From Eledone cirrhosa (Eukaryota): a stretch of DNA of 64,000 nt. The notes below the pieces were generated by a model. The model saw nothing but the letters and a program-made list of their open reading frames with translations. It did not search any database and had not been told where the DNA came from. The position numbers and the translations under genes were made by a program. The stretch spans positions 1-64,000 of the forward strand of contig OZ024748.1 of the NCBI GenBank assembly GCA_964016885.1, written 5' to 3'. Positions 40,586-51,430 of the stretch are shown piece by piece (the stretch's first letter is position 1; each line of letters opens with the position of its first letter).

Positions 40586-40959
40586 TGACTATTGTGCGTA
40601 TATAAATTAACGCACATGGCATAAATACATACATCTAATTATATGTCAGTTAAAACCTTGCCTTTATTTTCACATTTTACAGACAGCCACAATGCTGAAT
40701 TATATGATCTTATGTCAGTGTATGGGAGAGAGAGAGGGGGTGTGTGTGAGAAAGCCAGGGTTTAGTCCCACATTTAAGATCATAGGTAACATTTATCATA
40801 TAAGAAGCTTCAAGGCAGTCATTGAAATGCCAGTCTCTGAAAATGTGAATATTGTCCTGTGCTACTGTTTCCTTGTGGGAATGATGGGTTTCGGGTTGGT
40901 TTGAAAAGGATTGACAACAACCACACACTCACACCCACTGGTTATCGGTTTCAGGTTAG

Positions 40960-42890
40960 GCAAGGTGACTAATGTTGTCGTGAAGAGCAGGTGGCTGATG
41001 CAGCAATATGCTGTAGATGCCCAGGGAAAAATACAATGTTGTCACCTCAAAATGGCCGTAACAATCGAACCGTGATGTGAGCTGAAAAGTATGAGGGTTT
41101 CTATGATGCTGAGGGAGATTCAGTAAATGAAGGCCGGAGAATTGTTCTTCCACCTTCAATCTATGGTTCCCAATCGCTTCTACACTGAGTGCTTTCAGAA
41201 TTCGATGACTGTGGTTCGACATGGTAAAGTCGTCTTATTTCATCACGGTAACAACTAACTCTAACTGGGATGAAATAAAAAATAATTTGCACCCTAGTCA
41301 AGAACCTAGAGACCGTCCTGATATTTGTGCAAGATTCTTCAACATCAAGTATGACAGCCTCATGGGTGACATACTGAAAAAGAAAATGTCCTAGGAAAAG
41401 TTGTTGCTCGTTCTGCTACAATAGAGTGGCAGAAACGAGGCCCCACTCATGCTCATATTCTGCAGATAATGGCTGAAGATAGTAAGCACAAAACTGCTGA
41501 TGACATTGATCAGGTAGTGTACTGTGAGATTCCAATTCTACAGAAGATCATCCCCATCTTGCAACATTCATGGCCCATGTGGACAAGTTAATATGATGTG
41601 CTCATGAAAGGAAGGGCTAGGACAACAATAACAATGCTCAAACAGTTATCCCAAGGCAAACCGCATTTGTTGCCAAAAGTTCCTTTTCAAAGTATAGAAG
41701 AAGGGGTAGATAGCATGGTCAATTGTGAGGTTGTCTACAGTGTCAAGGCTGTTAACTAATTAAAGTACATCACAAAAGGATCAGACAAAATCACTTTCAC
41801 TATTAACGATGATCGAGGAAATTGTGTCCATGCTCGAAATGAAATTGAGACCTATATCAATGCATGGTACATCTCAGCCAGTGAAGCATTCTGGAAAGTT
41901 GCCTTGCCATTTACTTGGGGAACAAATGGTCGTGTTTGAGCAAGGGCAGGAAGAAAGTTCTTTCTAGGGGACAGCCAATGACTAAGTTCACGGAATATTT
42001 TCAACTGAATATTAGAGACCCGCTGGAACAAGATATATTGTATATTGATATTCCTAAATATTTCACTTGGACAAACAAAAAATGGCAAAGAAAAAAAGGG
42101 GACATCTGGATGGTGATCAACAATTTATGAGTGAATCTCTTGGACGCATTCTCAGAAGACATCAATCTGAATTATATTACCTCAGAATGATCATACATCA
42201 CAAGGCTGGGTAAACTTCATATAAAGATTAACTTAGTCTGTTGGTCCTCAGCTGCCACAGATCTTCTGCACCATTTAATTGCACTGCATGCCAAATGACC
42301 CTCTGCAGTTCTGGGAGAAATAGAAGAATTGTCTTGCAGAGGATATCATGCATGAACATCATGAGCAATTCATGTCCATGCAAACAAATAAATCAACTTC
42401 TGCCAACATTGAATCCTCAGCAACTGGTTCTTTTTCACAAAGTAATTACCTCTGTAAATGAAAATGAGGGCAGAATTTTCTGCTTGAATGCAAGTGCAGG
42501 TACAGGTCATAAGCATTCTAATGGATTACCTCCAATGTAAAAAAATAATTGCACTTGCCACTGCCATATCTGGAATAGCAGCCACTTTGCTTCACAAACG
42601 AAGAACTCTTCATTCCAAGTGCACGATTCCTCTCAATATGACTGCTGAATCAACTTGCTTCTTCACAAAGAGGGATGACACAGGTAAACTTATGCAGCAA
42701 GCTGACCTGTTAATCATTGATGAGAGAGGTATGGGACATAAGAATATCTTTCAATGCCTGACAGGAGTTTCAAAGATGTTCGAGATTGCAAAAAGCCATT
42801 TAGTGGTATCTGGTGACTAAAACCAAATTCTTCCAGTTCTACGTCATGGTGATAGACCACAAATAGTTGAAACAACCTTCAAGGGCAGAC
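40960..42890 (+). mobile_element. Helitron Rep/helicase pseudogene
   Basis: GRRIVLPPS, LFITVTTN.NWDEI, DRPDICAR.F, EWQKRGPTHAHIL (HUH), KYITKGSD, YISASEAFW, ASAGTG, SGIAATLL..RTLHS, LIIDE, QILPV. Confidence 0.93.
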
Positions 42891-43274
42891 ATTTATCTAC
42901 AAACACAATTCTCACGTATGTTGCATTATCACAAAAAAGAAAATATTAAAATATTAAATGAAAGGTGTCTGTTTGCTGGCAACTGTGTCTACAAAGAAAT
43001 TCTACAGTCATGTGAAACAGCTATCACTCTTTTAGTTGAAATGCATTTCAGTTTCTTTTTAAATGATAGAAAAGGGACACTACAAAAACTTATGTCTATA
43101 TATACTAGCAGAAAAACGCCCAAAGGGCAGTTCTTCAGCTAGCATATATAAATATATGTCGTCTCTCTCGGTGTATGTGTGTGTATGTGTGCATATATAT
43201 ATAATGATAAAATGCGAAATACTTTCAGATGTTAAAGTCCTTTATTGATAATGCTGCGATACATATTTGTATGA

Positions 43275-43311
<37 letters not shown>

Positions 43312-43389
43312 TAACAGGGGAGAGTCATATTGTTATAAATATTGCAAGAAATAATAACAGAACACACGGTTTGGTTTGGGTTGTTTTTC

Positions 43390-43655
43390 GGTGTAGGTGT
43401 TGATGAATGGCTTGTGAGGACATTGCAAGCTTTGTACAGAGGTGCTGTCAGTAAAGTGAGGGTAGGAATGGAGTTTAGTGACAAATTCCAGATACAAGTA
43501 GGAATACATCCTGTTTACAGAAACTTATCTATGCTGATGATAAAATCAGTAGAAGAGCTTGAGAATAAATTCTGGCTATGAAAACAGAGTTGGAATTAAG
43601 AGGACTGAGAGTGAACATAGCTAAGACAAAATTGATGAGTAGAAAAGAGGACAAA
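43390..43655 (+). mobile_element. RTE family A RT fragment
   Basis: GVDEWLVRTLQALYRGAVSKVRVG, YADD, GLRVNIAKTK. Confidence 0.85.
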
Positions 43656-43669
43656 ACTCAGCGGAGAAG

Positions 43670-44500
43670 GAAACTATGAATAAAATGGCAAGCTGTGTGG
43701 TTGCATTTAAGTATAATGAAAAGAAAAGTTATGGGCAAAAGAGGGCAATATCCATCGTCAGTTGTCTGCTAGGAATCATAGGCATTTCTTCGCGTTAGAG
43801 ACAAGATGCCTCAACCTAGGGCGAACAATAACTAAAATAAGTTATTGGAATAAAAAAAGGGGGAGAGAGAAAAATGGATACACACATGAAGGGTGAAGAA
43901 ACGAAAAGAGGAAAAATCAAGTCAACAACTCATTTTGAACATAAGTTCTGGTGGGTTTAACGAGAAAAAAAAATGCATGTCTTCACTGTAGCAGTGTGAG
44001 TGAGAGGAGAGACTGCTTTAGAAGTGGCAGGTTAGCCGAGAGAAGGTGACTAGCAGAAGAGGGAGAAGGGGGAGAGAGAGCATAGCAACAAGGGGATAGA
44101 AGAGAGATGGGTCACAACTGAGAAGAAAACTATGTGAATAAAATGGCAAGCTGTGTGGTTGCATTGAAATATAATCAAAATAAAAGTTACGGGCAAAAGA
44201 GGGCAATATCCATCGTCAGTTGTCTGCTAGGAATCATAGGCATTTCTTCGCGTTAGAGACAAGATGCCTCAACCTAGGCCGAACAATAACTAAAATAAGT
44301 TATTGGGATAAAAAAGAGGGGAGAGAGAGAGAAAAATATAAACAGACACAAAGGCTGAAGCAACAAAAAGAAAGGAAAAAAAAAAAAAAAAAAAAACGAG
44401 TGAACAATTGATTTCGAACACAAGTTCTGGCGGGTTTGATAAGAAAAAAAGACACATTCACTGTAGAAGTGTGAGCAAGAGAAGAGACAGTTACGGACGA
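43670..44500. repeat. Two-copy ~460-bp tandem duplication of non-TE-like sequence
   Basis: 43670-44030 matches 44128-44490. Confidence 0.9.
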
Positions 44501-44640
44501 GGAAGGAAGTGAGCTAGCGGAGGAGTGAGTGAAAATAAGAGAAAGCCAGAAACATACATATATATATATATATATATATACATACATACAAATATATGCA
44601 TATATACATACATATAAATATATACATATATACATATATA

Positions 44641-45242
44641 TGGTGGTTGCCAACTCTTTTTCGAGTACGGCCCCTACTTTATATCCATGTAGGAGAACCC
44701 CTACCGATGGGCTGAACGAGTGTGACGTTTTAGTCCAGCCAGTGACTTGAAAACTCTGGTACAAACACTACACTTGTGACAATTATTGACAGTGCTGGGC
44801 CAATCGTACCATGTGACGACGAGTGCAGAGAGATCTCCAGATATAAAGCAATGCCTGTGCTGTGAAGCTTTTATAGTGAGCAAAGGCACTGCATAAAGCC
44901 AGTCCCACTCTCTTAACCAAGATGATATTTACCAAAAAGCAAAACAAGTCAACATCATTGGATACCATCAGGGTTGCAGGTGTTATATCAGAGTTTTCCT
45001 TCTAGAATTCTGCCTTGACACAGGCTAAGGGGTCATCTCTCCCGGTGATTTTGGATGGCCATTGACTCTTAAGAGCTCCTTTGCCCTTTGACAGGTTTTG
45101 TTTTTAGTCCTGCAGGATGTCCAAAATCACCCTCCTCACCAAGAAACCTTAGTGGGGTTGCCAGTTTAGTCGCCAACGACCCGACCAGGAGACAGGTTGT
45201 ACTGGGATACATGTTACCAGTAGCACCAACTGGTGACCTGAC
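44641..45242 (-). mobile_element. Short bipartite RTE-like element (5' UTR + C-terminal C2H2 finger/3' end, middle deleted)
   Basis: CSVCTRVFKSLAGLKRHTRSAH followed by a short 3' UTR; structured 5' end; flanked by TA repeats. Confidence 0.6.
45161..45242 (-). ncRNA. HDV-like ribozyme fold (P3/L3 degenerate)
   Basis: P1 gtcagg/cctggt, J1/2 hairpin accagt/actggt, P2 ccagt/actgg, GG, P4 tcg ttgg cga, J4/2 CTAA. Confidence 0.55.
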
Positions 45243-45289
45243 ATAATATATATGTATGTACATATATATATATACACACACACACACAA

Positions 45290-45728
45290 GTGAGATGCGC
45301 GATGCTGCATGGTAGTGAGACATGGACAGCAACTGCAGAGGGTATGCGATGGCTGGAGAGAAATGAAGCAAGCACGCTCCGTTGGATGTGCAATGTCAAT
45401 GTGCGGGAACGACCAAGCATAAACGAGTTGAGAGAGAAACTGTGTTTAAGAGGGATAAGTTGTGGTGTGCAAGAGAGGACTGAGATGGTATGGACATGTG
45501 ATGCGCATGGAGGTTGAGCGCTGGGTAAAGAAGGGAGACGCAGTAGAGGAAGACCACGAAAAACATGGGTGGAGGTGGTGAGAGCCGACTTCAGATCGCT
45601 GAAACTCACCAAGGAGATGACGAAGGACCGTGACAAGTGAAGAGATGCTTTGCTCAAGAGGACCTGTCCCACCCTTTCAAGCAGGGAAAAGCGGACGTAA
45701 AATGATGAACAGACGATGATAATGATGC
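45290..45728 (+). mobile_element. RTE family A 3' end with (TGA)n tail (in every unit)
   Basis: LHGSETWTATAEGMRWLERNEASTLRWMC, RRSRGRPRKTW. Confidence 0.92.
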
Positions 45729-45789
45729 TCTCTATATATCTATCTCTCTATCAATCTATCCAGATATCTGTGCATCAGTCTATCTATTT

Positions 45790-46045
45790 ACCTGCACTTC
45801 TCACTCCGTCTCAGGATCACCGAGACATCACCAACAACCAACCCACGCTGTGGGAAACAGTCCTCCCCGGGGCACACCCTGGTACTTCACACCATCTGTC
45901 TGTCTCGCTGCCTAACTACCGAGAAATCCGGCTTCTGTGCTTGCCTAATTTGTAGGTTATTAGGCAGTTGGCAGGTTTGCGGAAGTTGGTTTTGCAAATG
46001 GTTAAAACACTTGCATCACGAAATTCAAATAGCATCACTCCTTGT
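45790..46045 (-). mobile_element. Inverted RTE endonuclease fragment, left hairpin arm (in every unit; not in the ORF track)
   Basis: RC translates GVMLFEF.DASVLTICKTNFRKPANCLITYKLGKHRSRI..VVRQRDRQMV..PGEDCFPQRGLVVGD, aligned to 46320-46576. Confidence 0.93.
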
Positions 46046-46051
46046 TTTATC

Positions 46052-46170
46052 TTTCTCGTCTTTACCCAGGCCTGCATAAGTTAGTGTTACGGTTAGTGTT
46101 ACTGTTAGCGTTACGGCTAGTTTTAGGGTTAATTGAGAGCAAGAAACTGCTGCTAGGTAAAGACAAGAAA
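46052..46170. mobile_element. ~120-bp MITE-like insert: 18-bp inverted repeats around degenerate TTAGGG-like hexamers (in every unit)
   Basis: tttctcgtctttacc(c/t)ag / ctaggtaaagacaagaaa; ttagtg ttacgg ttagtg ttactg ttagcg ttacgg ctagtt ttaggg. Confidence 0.75.
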
Positions 46171-46214
46171 TTCTGCATTTACAAGCAATTTTTACAAACA
46201 GCCACAATGACAGG

Positions 46215-47195
46215 ACGGAGACATCGTTATGCTAGCAGGGGATTTCAATGGTCATGTTGGACAGCTCTACGATGGTTACACCGAGGTACATGTTGGGCAC
46301 ACTTACGGCTTAAGAAATGAAGCAGTGAAACTTCTTGAATTTTGCGATGCAATTGCACTAACCATCTACAACACTAACTTACACAAATCTGCCAACCACC
46401 TAATAACCTACAAATCAGGCAAGCACATAAGCCAGATTGACTTCTTGCTAGTTAGGCAGCGGGACACGCAGATGGTGTCAAATACAAAGGCATACCCCGG
46501 GGAAGAATGTACCCCACAGCATAGGTTAGTCGTTAGTGATATCTCATTAAGCAAGAGACTGAATGAGACATACAGGAAGGTGTGGAAAAAAGAAAGGTCT
46601 GGAAGCTAAAAGAGCTCTCACTAAAATACAAATTTAGGAAAGCCCTTCAATATGTGTATGATGAAAAAGAAGACGATTTAGAGTCGTACAACATAGATGA
46701 TAACTGGAATTTCTTATGCGATACCTTACTGCAGGTTACTGATGAAACTTGTGGCTGGATCAGAGTTCCAACCAGACAGAGAGTGACATGGTGGTGGGAC
46801 AGCACGGTAGATCGGGCCATTGGAGACTAAAGACTAGCATGGAATGCTTGCAAAATTAGTGCGAGTAGAGAAGAATATACAGCCGCTAAGAGAGAAGCTA
46901 GACGTCAGGTGTACTTAGCATGCAAGGAGGCTGCTCGACGACGTGCGCTGTTCCGTACTGCAAGGCAGTGTGTCAGTGAAAATCGGGATTAAGTCTGCCC
47001 GCAATGATGCCGCTGTACTTTGTGTCACGAATGAGTGTTGATGAGTAGAAAAGAGGACAAAACTCTATTCCGTCAGGGAAATGGCCATGTTCGATATGCA
47101 GAAACGGAACTGGCATAAATTATATAAAACGTACACAAAAGATCGAGTGCGATAGCAGGCACGTAGTGGGATAGCAGGCAAACTAACAGCATATT
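46215..47195 (+). mobile_element. RTE family A endonuclease + linker + Cys-finger fragments (in every unit)
   Basis: AGDFNGHVG, LITYKSG..SQIDFLLV, PGEECTPQHRLVV, KVWKLKE, TWWWD, GKWPCSICR. Confidence 0.93.
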
Positions 47196-47239
47196 TTGAT
47201 TATAATAAAACAAATAATAATAGTAATAATAATAATAAT

Positions 47240-47903
47240 AATCGTCATTGTTCTTTTCTTCTGTGCCTTTCTTTGCCTTCTCTGTCATCTGAATAACAAA
47301 AATAAAAGAAAAAAGAATCTTAAACATATGTTGCCTTTACAAAGTGCTGTGATCAAAGTAGCTTTTAAGCAATTTCCTAACTAACAAACAACATCAACAA
47401 AATATATACAAATATCTCTGAATGTCAAGTCCACCAAGAGAAAATAGTCATAATGTACTTACAGATACAATGCTAGGGACTCGCATCAATGAGTTTTAGT
47501 AGAAAATGACTGACTGACTGTTGAGGGACAGAGGTGTGTTTTCAAATATTTATCAATTCACAACAAAGCCTCACAAAGCTACATCATAATGCAAACTCAC
47601 AACACCCTTCTTATGCAACCTCACCAAGCAACCCCACAACACAACCTCACGTTCACAATTCACAACACTCAACAAGGCATTCGTTATCTAGGGTTTACAG
47701 TAAACATAGCGAGGTAAAACACACCCAGTACACTCTGTAAAGTGGTCATTAGGTTAAGATTAAACTGAAATCATACCTCCATTGTCGTTGGCGTGTATTT
47801 TCTCTAAAACTTAATTTCATTGCTTTCATTTCTCTTCTTTTTCTTCTATTCCATCTAAATATGAAAAAAAATTATACAGGTCATTTCGTCTTATCAAGAG
47901 GTC

Positions 47904-47935
<32 letters not shown>

Positions 47936-48022
47936 CCGAGATAATACCTTAAAATAATGGTAAAAAAAGTGTTTAATTACGAAAATCCTTTGAAATAACT
48001 TCCTCGCTCTTACTGGTCATAC
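47240..48022 (-). other. Candidate spliced gene fragment in each unit: exons 48022-48014 (9 nt), 47854-47777 (78 nt), 47517-47463 (55 nt), 47288-?
   Basis: CTAAC branch + gttttgtgttttgcAG; donors GTAAGA, GTATGA, GTAAGT; acceptors ttttttcatatttAG, cctctgtccctcaacAG, ttttatttttgttattcAG. Confidence 0.6.
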
Positions 48023-48050
48023 CTGCAAAACACAAAACACTAGCGTTAGA

Positions 48051-48545
48051 GTGAAATTACCCTCAGTAGATCAGACAGAGGGACCAGCTATTGAGATTAA
48101 CGAATATAGGGTCCAAGAGGCGATTAAGGAAATGAAAAATGGTGAGGCTGCTGGACCATCGGAGATAGTTGCTGAGATGCTGAAGGCCTCAGGGGACGTA
48201 GGCACTAAACTGGTTGCACACATCATCAATCAGGCTATATATGGCAGTGTCATACCCAAAGACTAGTGCAAAAGTAAAGGGGACGCTCTTGAGAGGAGAA
48301 ATTATAGGGATATAAAACTGATGGATCAGGTTATGAAAGTGGCAGAAAGGATATTAGCACAACTAATTAGAGAAAGGGTCAAACTAGATGAGATGCAGTT
48401 TGGTTTTGTGCCTGGGAATAGTACAACAGATGCCCTCTTCTTGATGAGACAATTACAAGAGAGGTTCTTAGAGAAAAATAAGCCACTATACTTAGCCTTT
48501 GTTGACCTAGAGAAGGCCTTTGATAGGGTACGCCGATCTGTCATC
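48051..48545 (+). mobile_element. RTE family A RT fragment (in every unit)
   Basis: EAIKEMKNGEAAGPSEIVAEMLK, MQFGFVPG, RQLQERFLEKNKPLYLAFVDLEKAFDRV. Confidence 0.95.
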
Positions 48546-51391
48546 TTATTATTTAACCTATAAATGGGGCCCCAACAGGTACTACTACACCAGGCCAGAG
48601 CAGACCTGGGAGTTATGACAACTAAGGGGGTAACTCCACGTTCCCCACAGTTCCTTCTGAACTTGAGCCTTGCCACTGGATGTAGTTTAATGTCATACCC
48701 AGGACAAATATATACATACATATATATATATGCATACACACATATATATATATATACATATATACAAATATATATATGCGTACGAAAGTGTGGTTACATG
48801 ATGCCTATGCGAGATGTGCGACGCTGCATGGTAGTGAGACATGGACAGCAACTGCAGAGGGTATGCGATGGCTGGAGAGAAATGAAGCAAGCACGCTCCG
48901 TTGGATGTGCAATGTCAATGTGCGGGAACGACCAAGCATAAACGAGTTGAGAGAGAAACTGTGTTTAAGAGGGATAAGTTGTGGTGTGCAAGAGAGGACT
49001 GAGATGGTATGGACATGTGATGCGCATGGAGGTTGAGCGCTGGGTAAAGAAGGGAGACGCAGTAGAGGAAGACCACGAAAAACATGGGTGGAGGTGGTGA
49101 GAGCCGACTTCAGATCGCTGAAACTCACCAAGGAGATGACGAAGGACCGTGACAAGTGAAGAGATGCTTTGCTCAAGAGGACCTGTCCCACCCTTTCAAG
49201 CAGGGAAAAGCGGACGTAAAATGATGAACAGACGATGATAATGATGCTCTCTATATATCTATCTCTCTATCAATCTATCCAGATATCTGTGCATCAGTCT
49301 ATCTATTTACCTACACTTCTCACTCCGTCTCAGGATCACCGAGACATCACCAACAACCAACCCACGCTGTGGGAAACAGTCCTCCCCGGGGCACACCCTG
49401 GTACTTCACACCATCTGTCTGTCTCGCTGCCTAACTACCGAGAAATCCGGCTTCTGTGCTTGCCTAATTCGTAGGTTATTAGGCAGTTGGCAGGTTTGCG
49501 GAAGTTGGTTTTGCAAATGGTTAAAACACTTGCATCACAAAATTCAAATAGCATCACTCCTTGTTTTATCTTTCTCGTCTTTACCTAGGCCTGCATAAGT
49601 TAGTGTTACGGTTAGTGTTACTGTTAGCGTTACGGCTAGTTTTAGGGTTAATTGAGAGCAAGAAACTGCTGCTAGGTAAAGACAAGAAATTCTGCATTTA
49701 CAAGCAATTTTTACAAACAGCCACAATGACAGGACGGAGACATCGTTATGCTAGCAGGGGATTTCAATGGTCATGTTGGACAGCTCTACGATGGTTACAC
49801 CGAGGTACGTGTTGGGCACACTTACGGCTTAAGAAATGAAGCAGTGAAACTTCTTGAATTTTGCGATGCAATTGCACTAACCATCTACAACACTAACTTA
49901 CACAAATCTGCCAACCACCTAATAACCTACAAATCAGGCAAGCACATAAGCCAGATTGACTTCTTGCTAGTGAGGCAGCGGGACAGGCAGATGGTGTCAA
50001 ATACAAAGGCATACCCCGGGGAAGAATGTACCCCAAGCAAGAGACTGAATGAGACATACAGGAAGGTGTGGAAAAAAGAAAGGTCTGGAAGCTAAAAGAG
50101 CTCTCACTAAAATACAAATTTAGGAAAGCCCTTCAATATGTGTATGATGAAAAAGAAGACGATTTAGAGTCGTACAACATAGATGATAACTGGAATTTCT
50201 TATGCGATACCTTACTGCAGGTTACTGATGAAACTTGTGGCTGGATCAGAGTTCCAACCAGACAGAGAGTGACATGGTGGTGGGACAGCACGGTAGATCG
50301 GGCCATTGGAGACTAAAGACTAGCATGGAATGCTTGCAAAATTAGTGCGAGTAGAGAAGAATATACAGCTGCTAAGAGAGAAGCTAGACGTCAGGTGTAC
50401 TTAGCATGCAAGGAGGCTGCTCGACGACGTGCGCTGTTCCGTACTGCGAGGCAGTGTGTCAGTGCAAATCGGGATTAAGTCTGTCCGCAATGATGCCGCT
50501 GTACTTTGTGTCACGAATGAGTGTTGATGAGTAGAAAAGAGGACAAAACTCTATTCCGTCAGGGAAATGGCCATGTTCGATATGCAGAAACGGAACTGGC
50601 ATAAATTATATAAAACGTACACAAAAGATCGAGTGCGATAGCAGGCACGTAGTGGGATAGCAGGCAAACTAACAGCATATTTTGATTATAATAAAACAAA
50701 TAATAATAGTAATAATAATAATAATAATCGTCATTGTTCTTTTCTTCTGTGCCTTTCTTTGCCTTCTCTGTCATCTGAATAACAAAAATAAAAGAAAAAA
50801 GAATCTTAAACATATGTTGCCTTTACAAAGTGCTGTGATCAAAGTAGCTTTTAAGCAATTTCCTAACTAACAAACAACATCAACAAAATATATACAAATA
50901 TCTTTGAATGTCAAGTCCACCAAGAGAAAATAGTCATAATGTACTTACAGATACAATGCTAGGGACTCGCATCAATGAGTTTTAGTAGAAAATGACTGAC
51001 TGACTGTTGAGGGACAGAGGTGTGTTTTCAAATATTTATCAATTCACAACAAAGCCTCACAAAGCTACATCATAATGCAAACTCACAACACCCTTCTTAT
51101 GCAACCTCACCAAGCAACCCCACAACACAACCTCACGTTCACAATTCACAACACTCAACAAGGCATTCGTTATCTAGGGTTTACAGTAAACATAGCGAGG
51201 TAAGACACACCCAGTACACTCTGTAAAGTGGTCATTAGGTTAAGATTAAACTGAAATCATACCTCCATTGTCGTTGGCGTATATTTTCTCTAAAACTTAA
51301 TTTCATTGCTTTCATTTCTCTTCTTTTTCTTCTATTCCATCTAAATATGAAAAAAAAATTATACAGGTCATTTCGTCTTATCAAGAGGTCC

Positions 51392-51430
<39 letters not shown>

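Noticed and set aside
44701-44785. C2H2 zinc-finger gene of the cephalopod expansion
   Set aside because: Single finger with no TGEKP linker; pattern typical of LINE ORF C-termini.
45932-45985. Pre-miRNA-like hairpin (tgcctaat..attaggca)
   Set aside because: Short stem lying inside the inverted LINE fragment; no independent support.
46081-46130. True interstitial telomere
   Set aside because: Only one exact TTAGGG, inside an inverted-repeat element.
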